DNA of 64,000 nt. It comes from Promethearchaeota archaeon (GTDB lineage: Archaea > Asgardarchaeota > Hermodarchaeia > Hermodarchaeales > Hermodarchaeaceae). The translations under genes and the position numbers were made by a program. The DNA is taken from assembly GCA_048939625.1 (NCBI GenBank), contig JBHLPH010000006.1, positions 48,650 through 112,649 on the forward strand. The letters run 5' to 3'. This document shows, piece after piece, positions 27,684 to 37,708 of this stretch; the stretch's first letter is position 1, and each line of letters starts with the position of its first letter. Below the pieces are notes generated by a model. That model was not told the DNA's origin. It did not search any database and was given only the letters and a program-made list of their open reading frames with translations.

Positions 27684-28556
27684 CTAAGAGTTTAGTTTAA
27701 GTAATTTGATAGCGTTCTTGCCAAGAATTTGTGTCTTTGCTCTTTCACCAATATCCAGGTTTCTAATTGCTTCGATATTTTCAGCAATACTAAGAATTCC
27801 AGGCCAGTCGCTACCAAAAAGCACCTTGTCAGCAATTATTTCAAGTTGTGGAAAGTATCGTAGTAAATTCTTTGGTGGCAAACCAGAAATTTCAAGATAA
27901 ACATTAGGATGGAGTCGTGTAACAAAAAACGCCATATCAAACCAAGGACCTCTCCCACCGTGTACAACAATCACAGGCAGTTTAGGAAAGTCTGAAGCTA
28001 TATCATCTAAGAACAGTGGATTTCCATACTTCAACCGAGCACCAGGGAAAACACTGGTCCCAGTGTGAAACATAACAGGAATGCCGAGAGTCTCCGCTGT
28101 TTCATATAACATTCTCAATTTCTCCCATCCTTGGGAGGTTGCATATGCGTTTGGATAGAAATGCTGGTATGTTGGATAAAGCTTCAATCCGCGCATCCCT
28201 AGAGTTCCAACAGCGTTTTCAAGGGTTTTAGTAGGGTTGGGATCTTCGGTGGGATCAACAGAACAGAAAGGGATGAGACGGTCCAAATGATTTTCACAAA
28301 ACTCAGCAACGAATTCATTGGTTACCACGCCAGTAACTTCGGGTGAAAGTTCTGCTAATACTACTGCCCAATCTATTCCGCATTCATCGAGCATACTTAT
28401 GATATTCTCTGGTGTCATGATTTCATCTTGAATTTCATAAAGCCCCGGATTTAATTCCTTGAAAAGCGCATGAATTGCCGGATTCCAGTGATCCCGTTTT
28501 CCAACGTGTAAATGAAAATCAACCACTTTCATCTTTTTGACGGAGTTGGAGGTCAT
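27684..28556 (-). CDS. Amidohydrolase_2 family TIM-barrel hydrolase (BzdU/BamU-like)
   Basis: DFHLH, GLKLYPTYQ, FHTGTS, VHGGRG, FGSDWP. Confidence 0.85.
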   Translation of the reverse strand: MTSNSVKKMKVVDFHLHVGKRDHWNPAIHALFKELNPGLYEIQDEIMTPENIISMLDECGIDWAVVLAELSPEVTGVVTNEFVAEFCENHLDRLIPFCSVDPTEDPNPTKTLENAVGTLGMRGLKLYPTYQHFYPNAYATSQGWEKLRMLYETAETLGIPVMFHTGTSVFPGARLKYGNPLFLDDIASDFPKLPVIVVHGGRGPWFDMAFFVTRLHPNVYLEISGLPPKNLLRYFPQLEIIADKVLFGSDWPGILSIAENIEAIRNLDIGERAKTQILGKNAIKLLKLNS

Positions 28557-28706
28557 CTATCATCATCCATCTTAAATTCGAAGTGATATAACTGTTGATA
28601 TGAGTTCTACTTAGAATAGTGGTTGTGGCTAAAAGGTTTTATTTTGGTAAACTCTCTCATAGTCACTTCCATTATACTTTTGCCCATTATGATGGTGTAA
28701 TTAGCA

Positions 28707-30614
28707 ATGAGTAATTCTCCCATGACCGGTAAACCTGGTGAAACGGTTATTGGATTAGGCAATGACGCTATTGCTCGCGGAGCCCTCGAAGCAGGTGTCC
28801 AATTTGCCACAGCGTATCCTGGTACACCCTCTTCAGAGATACTAGGAAATTTAGCCACGATTTCCAAAGAATCTGGTATCTATGTAGAATGGAGTGTCAA
28901 TGAGAAAGTCGCTTTTGAAGCCGCAACCGCAGCAGCTTGGACTGGTCTCCGTGCCATGGCATCTATGAAAGTCAATGGGCTTTTTGTTATCCTCGACTCA
29001 CTTGTTAATATCGCCTATACTGGTCATGGACCGGGTGGACTGATTCTGGTAGTAGCTGATGATCCCTTTGCTCACAGCTCCACAACTGAGGGAGATGCGC
29101 GACCTCTAGGCTTCTATTCAGATATCGTTGTACTCGAACCCTCCACGCATCAAGAAGCCAAAGATATCATTCCTTACGCCTTTGAATTATCCGAAAAACA
29201 AGGCGTCATTGTCATGGTTCGAGAAACAACAAGACTAGCCCATAGTCGTGCTCCTTTCAAACTAGGAAAAATCAATCGGACTCCAAGAATTGCCAAATTT
29301 GATTATAATCTTCCATTACATAATCTCCCTCGCCCCCATTTACGACATAAAGAGCTACATACACAATTAGAAAAAATTCGTGACGAATTCGAGCAGTCAA
29401 CCTGGAATCAGTATGATGGACCAAGTAAACCCTCCTTATTGATAATTACCTCCGGTGTTGCTTGGAAATACGTGCGAGAAGCTGTAGAAATTCTTCAATT
29501 ACAGGACGTTGGCATTCTTCGAATTGCCACAATTTCTCCATTACCGAGAAGAATGATTCTTGAAAAATTAAAAACATCCACTAATGTGCTCTTTTTCGAA
29601 GAAGTTAATCCATATTTAGAACTACAAATAACCGGTCTCGCCTCAGAACTGCCTTCGAAGCGCATTCCTAACTTTTTCGGTAAGTTTTCTGGTCATATTC
29701 CAAGTTATGGTGAAGTTGATATCAATCTAGCAATCAAATCAATAGCCGCCATTAAGAAACTCAAGTATACTCCTGTTCAGGAAGAGTACATCAACATCGC
29801 AACAGATGCGGCTAGTATCCTTCCGAGACGGATACTCACCTTCTGCCCTGGCTGTCCACATCGACCTGCCTACTATAGTATTTACAGAGCTATCAAACGC
29901 AACAAAGGAAAAGGTATTGTCACAGGAGATATCGGGTGCTATTCATTAGGCGTGTTTTACCATAACATAATGCGTAATCAGCATTCAATGGGTGCCGGTG
30001 TAGGAATTGCTAGCGGTCTTGGTAAGTTAGAACAATTTGGATTAAAGGACCCGGTCATTACAGTGATAGGTGATTCAACTTTCTACCACGCCTGTCTCCC
30101 TGCGTTAGTCAACATCATCTATAATCAATCAAAGGCCATCGTATGTGTGTTAGATAATAATGCTACGGCAATGACGGGATTTCAACCACATCCTGGTACA
30201 GGCTTGACCGCAACAGGTGATATGACTTCAACGGTTCCTATAGAGGAAGTGCTTCAGGGCATTGGGTTTCAATCGATTTCCATAGTTGATCCCTTCAACA
30301 TCAAGGAATCAATTGATACGGTTTACAATGCATTAATATCAACAGAAAGTCAAGCTCTTGTTTTTCGGAGAGAGTGTGCATTAATTACCAATCGACGAAG
30401 GCGACAAAAACAAGAGCCTACGCCGCAGTTTGTAGTTGATACAGATAAGTGCTTAGGAGAAAAATGTAAGACCTGTTCAGTGGAATTTAATTGTCCTGCT
30501 TGCGTCTGGGACAACGACTCTAACAAAGCCCAAATCGAGATTACCCTCTGTAATGGGTGTGGTGTGTGTGTCGACATATGTCCACACAATGCCATCCATG
30601 AATATAGGGAGTGA
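28707..30614 (+). CDS. iorA: Indolepyruvate/arylpyruvate:ferredoxin oxidoreductase alpha subunit
   Basis: GNDAIARG, YPGTPSSE, NEKVA, FCPGCPH, GDIGCY, GDSTF, AMTGFQ, C-terminal ferredoxin. Confidence 0.9.
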   Translation: MSNSPMTGKPGETVIGLGNDAIARGALEAGVQFATAYPGTPSSEILGNLATISKESGIYVEWSVNEKVAFEAATAAAWTGLRAMASMKVNGLFVILDSLVNIAYTGHGPGGLILVVADDPFAHSSTTEGDARPLGFYSDIVVLEPSTHQEAKDIIPYAFELSEKQGVIVMVRETTRLAHSRAPFKLGKINRTPRIAKFDYNLPLHNLPRPHLRHKELHTQLEKIRDEFEQSTWNQYDGPSKPSLLIITSGVAWKYVREAVEILQLQDVGILRIATISPLPRRMILEKLKTSTNVLFFEEVNPYLELQITGLASELPSKRIPNFFGKFSGHIPSYGEVDINLAIKSIAAIKKLKYTPVQEEYINIATDAASILPRRILTFCPGCPHRPAYYSIYRAIKRNKGKGIVTGDIGCYSLGVFYHNIMRNQHSMGAGVGIASGLGKLEQFGLKDPVITVIGDSTFYHACLPALVNIIYNQSKAIVCVLDNNATAMTGFQPHPGTGLTATGDMTSTVPIEEVLQGIGFQSISIVDPFNIKESIDTVYNALISTESQALVFRRECALITNRRRRQKQEPTPQFVVDTDKCLGEKCKTCSVEFNCPACVWDNDSNKAQIEITLCNGCGVCVDICPHNAIHEYRE

Positions 30615-31225
30615 ATGGTTTGAATTTTGATGATCCGTTCAACATTGTGATTGCAGGTGTGGGAGGTCAAGGAAACGTTCTCTCATCCCGTCTTATTGCA
30701 GATGCTGCAATTACTAAAGGATATTTTGCCACAATTGGCGAGACCTATGGAGCGGCTCAGCGAGGTGGGTCAGTGATGTCTCATATTCGGATAAGTAAAG
30801 AGGATATTGGACCCCTTATTCCACATCATTCTGCTCACCTGCTCCTTGGCTTTGAACCCATCGAAGCACTACGCGTTGGTGCCCGCTACCTTAATCCATC
30901 AAGCACCGCTATCGTGAATATGCACCCTGTATATCCCGTTGAAGTACTGACAGGTCAACTTGAGTATCCCCCTATTAATGAAGTTAAAAAGCGGCTCAAT
31001 CAGCTTTGTTCACAACTATTTACCCTCGATGCAGTAGATTTAGCTCGAAAGGCTGGAGATCCATTAGTAATGAATACTGTGATGGTCGGGGCATTTGCAG
31101 GAGCTAACCTTGCACCTGTTAATGCGTCTCCACTCGAGAAAGAAATCGCGAAGCTTCGACGACTGAAAGAGGTTAATTTGAAGGCTTTCAAGCTTGGCGT
31201 TGATGCTATTAAGAAAAAGGCGTAA
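30611..31225 (+). CDS. iorB: Indolepyruvate:ferredoxin oxidoreductase beta subunit
   Basis: AGVGGQG, GAAQRGGSV, FEPIEALR. Confidence 0.9.
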   Translation: MNGLNFDDPFNIVIAGVGGQGNVLSSRLIADAAITKGYFATIGETYGAAQRGGSVMSHIRISKEDIGPLIPHHSAHLLLGFEPIEALRVGARYLNPSSTAIVNMHPVYPVEVLTGQLEYPPINEVKKRLNQLCSQLFTLDAVDLARKAGDPLVMNTVMVGAFAGANLAPVNASPLEKEIAKLRRLKEVNLKAFKLGVDAIKKKA

Positions 31226-31348
31226 CAATTTGTACAAATTTGATACTGGGCGGCTCTTCCGTTGGGTCTAACTAAAATCCTAATTACAACAAACTGTATA
31301 AGGGACATCAAAGTCTTATGAGATGACTCTCTAGAAGCTAATAGGACC

Positions 31349-32122
31349 ATGAAAAGGATGCCATTGGTAGAACTTGAGAAGAAGAATCAGATTGCGTTAG
31401 TGACCATCAATAATCCGCCTGCAAATGCTCTGAATCCTGAGATCATCACACTTTTACGTAAACTGCTAACCGAATTAGATCAGGATGATACTAAAGCAAT
31501 AATCCTCACCGGAGCAGGTGACAAGTTCTTCGTTGGTGGCGCTGATATCAAACAATTCAAAGAACAAAATGCTGAAGTCATAAAGAAATTTACTCGATTA
31601 GGCCAACAATTCACCCTATTTTTGGAAAAACATAACAAGCCAATCATTGTAGCAGTAAACGGATTCTGTCTTGGTGGTGGCATGGAAATCACCATGGCTT
31701 GTGATTTCGTCATCGCCTCCGAAAATGCCCGATTCGGGCAGCCTGAAATTAAATTAGGAGTCATTCCTGGCTGGGGAGGCACCCAACGCCTCCAACGCTG
31801 GATGGACCCTCAACGCGCCCGAGAACTCATCCTCACCGGAGATATTGTCCCTGCCTCTGAAATGGGACAATTCGTCTATAAATTGGTTCCACCAAATCAA
31901 CTTCTCCCAACTGCTAAAGAATTAGCACAACGCATCGCTCGACATGGCCTTAATGCAGTAAAACTAGCTAAGCGTGCACTCAAGGAAGCAATCTCCCGCC
32001 CCATTGGAGAAGGACTTAAACTCGAAGCGCAATACTTCGGGCAAGCCTTCGAAACCGAAGATGCTAAAGAGGGCATCAAAGCCTTCTTCGAAAAACGCGA
32101 GCCGAAAGTGGTAGATAAATAG
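31349..32122 (+). CDS. Enoyl-CoA hydratase (crotonase)
   Basis: GADIK, GGGME, GQPEIKLGVIPGWGGTQRL. Confidence 0.9.
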   Translation: MKRMPLVELEKKNQIALVTINNPPANALNPEIITLLRKLLTELDQDDTKAIILTGAGDKFFVGGADIKQFKEQNAEVIKKFTRLGQQFTLFLEKHNKPIIVAVNGFCLGGGMEITMACDFVIASENARFGQPEIKLGVIPGWGGTQRLQRWMDPQRARELILTGDIVPASEMGQFVYKLVPPNQLLPTAKELAQRIARHGLNAVKLAKRALKEAISRPIGEGLKLEAQYFGQAFETEDAKEGIKAFFEKREPKVVDK

Positions 32123-32134
32123 GAGACAGATAAA

Positions 32135-33184
32135 TTGACAGACACATTAAAATTTGGAGTTGTCAGCACCCCCTCGGCATGGGACCGGATTCTTGACACA
32201 GCAACATATATTGAAAAAATGGGTTTCGACTCATTTTGGATGCCTGATCACACAGTTGGGTTTGGTATTCGTCGCTGGGATGCCTTAGAAGCCTGGTCAG
32301 CACTCTCTGCCGTTGCCACTCAAACAAAGAAAGTGAAATTAGGCACCTGTGTGGGTGATACTTATCGTCACCACCCTTCAGCGTTGGCACAAATGGTTAC
32401 TACCTGTGATCATATCTCGAATGGACGAGCAATTGTTGGCGTCGGACTTGGCGAGGCAATGAATCTCTTTCCTTTTGGGATAGACCTTAAGAAACCTCTT
32501 GGACGAACAGAAGAAGCGGTAAAGGTCATGAGACTGTTATGGACTCAAGAGCTTTCTAATTTTGATGGTAAATACTACAAATTAGATAACGCGTTTCTCC
32601 AACCACGACCAATTCAAGAACCGAACCCACCAGTTTGGATAGCAGCTAATTCACCTAAAACCATGAAGATGGCAGGAGAATTAGGTGATGGTTGGGTTCC
32701 CGCAAGCATGTTTCCTGACGAATATGCGAAAAAATTGAAAATCGTACGAGATCATGCAAAACAGTCGGGGCGAGACCCTAATGCTATTGAGCCAGCGGCA
32801 TTTGTCTTCACTGTTGTAGCAGAAGAATATGAAACAGCTCGAAAAAATGTGGGACTTGGAGCTAAAATCTATTTCTTAACACGTCCCCGTATTCTTCGTC
32901 GATTAGGGTATGACGATGTTACAGACGAGTTTGATATGACTTGGCATCTAGTAATGAACTCAGAGGTTACCGAAAAATTACTCGCGATGGCAAAAGAGAT
33001 TCCAGACGATGTTCTTGACAAGGCCCCAGTGTTCTTTGGTACCCCCGATGATGTCATAAAAGGTATCAAAGAGTATCAGAAAGCTGGTGTCCGGCATATG
33101 GTTGTCAACTTCTTTGTTCCTCCAAAGATGCTAAAAGACACCCTGAAGCTCTTTGCCACTGAGGTTATACCAGAATTCCGATAA
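32135..33184 (+). CDS. Luciferase-like (LLM) oxidoreductase, probably F420-dependent
   Basis: GFDSFWMPDH, DHISNGRAIVGVGLG, PVWIAA, GDGW. Confidence 0.85.
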   Translation: MTDTLKFGVVSTPSAWDRILDTATYIEKMGFDSFWMPDHTVGFGIRRWDALEAWSALSAVATQTKKVKLGTCVGDTYRHHPSALAQMVTTCDHISNGRAIVGVGLGEAMNLFPFGIDLKKPLGRTEEAVKVMRLLWTQELSNFDGKYYKLDNAFLQPRPIQEPNPPVWIAANSPKTMKMAGELGDGWVPASMFPDEYAKKLKIVRDHAKQSGRDPNAIEPAAFVFTVVAEEYETARKNVGLGAKIYFLTRPRILRRLGYDDVTDEFDMTWHLVMNSEVTEKLLAMAKEIPDDVLDKAPVFFGTPDDVIKGIKEYQKAGVRHMVVNFFVPPKMLKDTLKLFATEVIPEFR

Positions 33185-33190
33185 ACGCCT

Positions 33191-33613
33191 TTAGGGTACT
33201 TGGAACTCGTACGTCACTCGGTTCTCATCGAGTTTTCTAGGCACTAGTTGTACAGCCATTCCAATTTGTAACTGTTCTAATGATACATCCTTAGAAAATC
33301 GTGCAAACACCTGTTGACCACTGTTTAACAACCCAAGTGCTAGAATATAAGGAACATCTTCTTGGAATCCTGTGGGTGCAAAATTGACCTCGGTGTAAGT
33401 AACAAGTTTGCCATCACCTTTAATTTCAACCCATTCAACTTCGTCTCCCACGCATGATATGCAGTCACCACGGGGCGGGAAATAGATTTTTCCACATTTT
33501 TTACATTGCGTTCCCATTAATTGATTATTTTTTAGAAATTCTGTGAATTCACCGATTTTTGCCTGTGAAACATAACTGATTAAACCAAACTGTTCAAATC
33601 CCATTATTCTCAC
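33191..33613 (-). CDS. DUF35 Zn-ribbon/OB-fold thiolase partner
   Basis: CKKCG..YFPPRGDCISC, GKLVTYT. Confidence 0.9.
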   Translation of the reverse strand: MRIMGFEQFGLISYVSQAKIGEFTEFLKNNQLMGTQCKKCGKIYFPPRGDCISCVGDEVEWVEIKGDGKLVTYTEVNFAPTGFQEDVPYILALGLLNSGQQVFARFSKDVSLEQLQIGMAVQLVPRKLDENRVTYEFQVP

Positions 33614-33627
33614 CTCAAACCTCTAAA

Positions 33628-34788
33628 CTACGCCTCAAGAATAGTCACACTCGTGTACATTCCAATACCACCAACATTATGGCCTAGCGCGATTTTTGCA
33701 CCATCAACCTGCACTTTTCCAGATTCACCACGAAGTTGATAGACTAAGGTTCGTATTTGTGAACCGCCTGTCGCTCCGACTGGGTGACCCTTTGATAAAA
33801 GTCCCCCATCCACATTAACAGGTATTCGTCCACCAAGATGTGTTTCTTCATCACGGATCATTTTCGGGCTATGTTCACGTTTACAGAATCCAAGGTCTCC
33901 ATAAGCAATGAGTTCTGCGATGGTGAAGCAGTCGTGGACTTCTGCAACATCGATATCTTTGGGCTTGACCCTAGCCATAGCGTATGCTTGGCGTGCTGCT
34001 TCTAGTGCACTTTCAAAACCTGTGAATGGAGGTTTACGGCTTGCAAGAGACATAGGTGTCGAACCAAGACCCAGCCCTTTGATCCAGACAGGTCGTTCTG
34101 CAAACTTTTTCGCTTTGGTTTCATTTGCAACAATCAGGCAAGACGCACCATCCGCGTTTGCACAACAGTCAAGACTCTTCAATGGGCTGGCAATTACACG
34201 GGTTGACAATACTTTCTCTAAAGTAAATTCTTTCTGAAACATAGCTTTTGGATTAAATTGACTGTAATAATGATTCTTGACGGAAACCTTCGCGAGATCT
34301 TCCTCAGTTGTACCATACGCATCCATGTGAGCTCGGGCAAACATGGCATAGTATGCAGGCATGCTAGTCCCAAATGGCGACTCAAACATAACATCACCAG
34401 CACGACCCATGACTTCTTGAATTGCCTCTGATGTCATATCTGTCATTTTCTGATAACCGATCACAGCGACAATATCATGAAGACCAGATTTAATAAAAGA
34501 CCAAGCAGTCCGTAAAGCAACAGTACTTGACGCACAAGCGGCCTCAGTTAAAAAAGTCGGTTGAGGAGTCAATTCTAAGTGCTCTGCAATCACCGCTGCT
34601 GGTGACCTCTGTTTATCATAACCAGCTGCAGTAGCAACCAACGAAGCGTCAATATCGGCACCACTCAAATTCTTGGTATCCTCAATGGCTTCATGAAATG
34701 CTTCAAACGCCAAATCACGAATTGACGAGTCCGGACGTTTTCCAAAACTACTTTGACCTACGCCAATAATAGCAACACGATTTGTCAC
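33628..34788 (-). CDS. Thiolase (SCP-x/archaeal type)
   Basis: EAACASS, VKNH, EVHDCFT, KGHPVGATG. Confidence 0.9.
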   Translation of the reverse strand: MTNRVAIIGVGQSSFGKRPDSSIRDLAFEAFHEAIEDTKNLSGADIDASLVATAAGYDKQRSPAAVIAEHLELTPQPTFLTEAACASSTVALRTAWSFIKSGLHDIVAVIGYQKMTDMTSEAIQEVMGRAGDVMFESPFGTSMPAYYAMFARAHMDAYGTTEEDLAKVSVKNHYYSQFNPKAMFQKEFTLEKVLSTRVIASPLKSLDCCANADGASCLIVANETKAKKFAERPVWIKGLGLGSTPMSLASRKPPFTGFESALEAARQAYAMARVKPKDIDVAEVHDCFTIAELIAYGDLGFCKREHSPKMIRDEETHLGGRIPVNVDGGLLSKGHPVGATGGSQIRTLVYQLRGESGKVQVDGAKIALGHNVGGIGMYTSVTILEA

Positions 34789-34934
34789 AATTAACCACCT
34801 TTTCTTCGAATACAGATGTCTCTTGTAAAAAGTGTTTCAGTGTTTCACACTCAAGCTTTCAAATGAAGTAGCCTGTTGAATGCACTTAAAAGAGTGCACG
34901 GTTCATTGGTGATGAGTTGCTATAATTAATGTGA

Positions 34935-36119
34935 ATGGCGGAGATTAGATTGAGACCTGTAGCTATTGTTGGGGTCGGACTCACACAATGGGGTAAACGT
35001 AATGATGTTTCATTAGGTGAACTCATTGTTGAATCAGCAGAACATGCCTTTGAAGATACGAAGGATTTAACGCCAAAAGATATTGACGCTTTGTATGTGG
35101 CGAATGCTCAATCAGAACGATTCACTGAACAAGCGCATCCAGCAAATCTTGCTGCTGAATTTCTGGGTATGTCCCCTAAGGTGACTTCAAGAGTTGAAAT
35201 GGCTTGTGCAAGTGGAAGTGCTGCTATTCGTAATGCCTTTTTCGCTATTACATCTGGACAAGCAGAATCAGCCCTTGTGTCTGGCGTTGAAAAAATGTGT
35301 AATGTACCTTCTCCTGAAGCCATGCGTAATCTCTGCTTAGTAGAGGACCTGACCTTTGAAAGTTTTCATGGCATGATTCCTCCCTCAGGATTTGCCCTTA
35401 TCGCATCGCGATACATGCATGAGTATGGTGTGACCCAAGAACAACTCGCAAAGATTGCTGTGAAAAATCATAAGAATGGCTCAAAAAATCCAATCGCTCA
35501 ATTTCGAAAAGAAATCACAATTGAAACCGTTCTTGAATCACCCATGATTGCACACCCACTGAATCTTTATGACTGCAGTCCGATTTCCGATGGATCCGCA
35601 GCAGTGATCCTCGTCTCTGCTAAAGAAGCCCGAAAGTACAATGATACACCTGTTGATATCATCGGGTCAGGACAATTCATGGAACCTTCCTTCAACTGCT
35701 CGAATATGCAAAGCCTAACAACATGGAGAGCACTCGTAAATGCAGCAAAAAACGCCTATTCCATGGCAAAACTCAAGCCCAAAGATATGGATCTAGCAGA
35801 AACCCACGACTGCTTCACCATCGCAGAACTCATTGAATGTGAAGATCTTGGGTTATGTAAGAAAGGAGAAGGACCACAGCTAATTGATAGTGGTGATACT
35901 GAAATCGGAGGAAGAATTCCTGTTAATCCCTCTGGAGGACTCAAATCGAAAGGGCATCCTGTGGGTGCGACAGGTGTCGCACAAATCGCTGAAGTAACAG
36001 AGCAGTTACGGGGTGAATGTGGTCCGCGGCAAGTCGATGGTGCAACCACAGGGATTACGCAAAACCTGAGTGGGTTCGCGACACATCATGTCGTTCATAT
36101 TCTTCGGAGGCAGAACTAA
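34935..36119 (+). CDS. Thiolase (SCP-x/archaeal type)
   Basis: EMACASG, VKNH, ETHDCFT, KGHPVGATG. Confidence 0.9.
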   Translation: MAEIRLRPVAIVGVGLTQWGKRNDVSLGELIVESAEHAFEDTKDLTPKDIDALYVANAQSERFTEQAHPANLAAEFLGMSPKVTSRVEMACASGSAAIRNAFFAITSGQAESALVSGVEKMCNVPSPEAMRNLCLVEDLTFESFHGMIPPSGFALIASRYMHEYGVTQEQLAKIAVKNHKNGSKNPIAQFRKEITIETVLESPMIAHPLNLYDCSPISDGSAAVILVSAKEARKYNDTPVDIIGSGQFMEPSFNCSNMQSLTTWRALVNAAKNAYSMAKLKPKDMDLAETHDCFTIAELIECEDLGLCKKGEGPQLIDSGDTEIGGRIPVNPSGGLKSKGHPVGATGVAQIAEVTEQLRGECGPRQVDGATTGITQNLSGFATHHVVHILRRQN

Positions 36120-36120
36120 G

Positions 36121-36531
36121 TTGACTGAACAACCGATGGACCTTCCCTATTGTCTTGTTTATCCTGGATCTCAAATCAAACCTTTCTGGGATAACCTCGC
36201 GCAAAATAAATTCACGACTACAAAATGCCCTAATTGCGGGGTTTTGTGGCCTCCCAAATCTACTTGCCCCCAATGTGGAGACAAGATCGCAGAATGGATT
36301 GAGCTAAAGGGAACCGGAGAGATCTACGCGAAAACCTATGTTGGAGCTTCACCTCCTGCATTCAAGGAGATGTTACCTTACATCATCGCCATCGGGAAAC
36401 TCGATGAGGGAATTCTCGTTGTTGCCCGAGTAGAAAATGCAAAATTTGAAGATCTCAAAATTGGTACACCAATAAAAATTGAGATAAAGAAGGCATTTGG
36501 ATTAGATTCCTACGTATTCATTCCTGCCTAA
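36121..36531 (+). CDS. DUF35 Zn-ribbon/OB-fold thiolase partner
   Basis: PFWD, CPNCG.LWPPKSTCPQC; start inferred just after the thiolase stop. Confidence 0.85.
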   Translation: MTEQPMDLPYCLVYPGSQIKPFWDNLAQNKFTTTKCPNCGVLWPPKSTCPQCGDKIAEWIELKGTGEIYAKTYVGASPPAFKEMLPYIIAIGKLDEGILVVARVENAKFEDLKIGTPIKIEIKKAFGLDSYVFIPA

Positions 36532-36688
36532 TTCACTTTGAAGAATAGATAAGATAGATTCTTCGAAGTGTCATTCCTTTCCCTCCATTTTTGTAATAGA
36601 ATATTCTATGTTCATCGAAAATTGTAGTATCAAGTAGAAACTTCAAATAAGAGAAACTGATACTTACTCACCAACTTTGGTGGTTAAG

Positions 36689-37624
36689 ATGGCTAAACCC
36701 AAATACAAAGAAATTCTTTATGAGAAGAAAGATTGGGTCGCTACTATCACAATCAACCGTGCGGACAAATACAATGCGTATACACTTCTGACACTCAACG
36801 AAATGTGTGATGCCCTTCATACAGCCTCATGGGATGACGAAGTTGGTGTAATTGTCGTTACTGGTGCAGGCAAGAAAGCTTTCTGCACCGGAGGGGACGT
36901 TAAAGAATATGCAACCAAGTACACTAAGAAACCTCGTGACTTTTGGAAATGGTGTGAAATTTTCGAACGTGCCTTACATCTGTTACGACATTGTGGAAAA
37001 CCAGTGATAGCTCGATTAAACGGTATCGTTGCTGGTGGTGGAAATGAAATCCAAATGGCATGCGACCTAGCAATTGCTGCAGACCATGTCGAAATATTTC
37101 AAGTCGGAACGAGGGTCGGAAGCGTAGCTTCCGGAGGCGCTACTCAGTGGCTGCCAATCATTATCGGCGACCGACGGGCCCGGGAAATGCTATTCACCTG
37201 TGATCGAATTAGTGCTGAAAAAGCTAAAGATTGGGGGCTCGTCAACGAAGTTGTTCCCTATGATAAACTCGATGACACCATTGCAGAATGGTCAAAGAAA
37301 ATCCTTGAAAAATTCCCCGAATGTCTACGCTTTACCAAAGCGCAAGTGAACTTCTGGAAAGACTTAGTCTGGTCACTCACATGGCCAAGTGTACGAGACT
37401 GGCTCAGCGTCCACTTCAGTTCCCAAGAACCCCATGAAGGAATGTGGGCTTTCGTCGAGAAACGACCTCCAGCATACATGAAATTACGACAGGAAGCCGC
37501 AGATGGGAAATCACCTGAATTCAAATGGGGACCATGGGAGAAGACCTGTCCAAGCTGCAACACAACATACTTACCTAGTGAGTTTACTCACTGCGGAAAA
37601 TGTGGCGCAAAGCTAGACAAGTAA
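36689..37624 (+). CDS. oah: 6-oxocyclohex-1-ene-1-carbonyl-CoA hydrolase (ring opening; Oah/BamA/BzdY-like)
   Basis: YNAYT, AFCTGGDVKEYA..Y, GGGNEI.MACD, K...NFWK, C-terminal CPSC..LPSEF..CGKCG. Confidence 0.75.
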   Translation: MAKPKYKEILYEKKDWVATITINRADKYNAYTLLTLNEMCDALHTASWDDEVGVIVVTGAGKKAFCTGGDVKEYATKYTKKPRDFWKWCEIFERALHLLRHCGKPVIARLNGIVAGGGNEIQMACDLAIAADHVEIFQVGTRVGSVASGGATQWLPIIIGDRRAREMLFTCDRISAEKAKDWGLVNEVVPYDKLDDTIAEWSKKILEKFPECLRFTKAQVNFWKDLVWSLTWPSVRDWLSVHFSSQEPHEGMWAFVEKRPPAYMKLRQEAADGKSPEFKWGPWEKTCPSCNTTYLPSEFTHCGKCGAKLDK

Positions 37625-37708
37625 CCCTGAATCCGAGTCTCAAATAACCCTCAATTGTCCTCAATTCGAGGTCTTGAGCTTATGACAGGTTCAAGATAAG
37701 GTCAGGGT

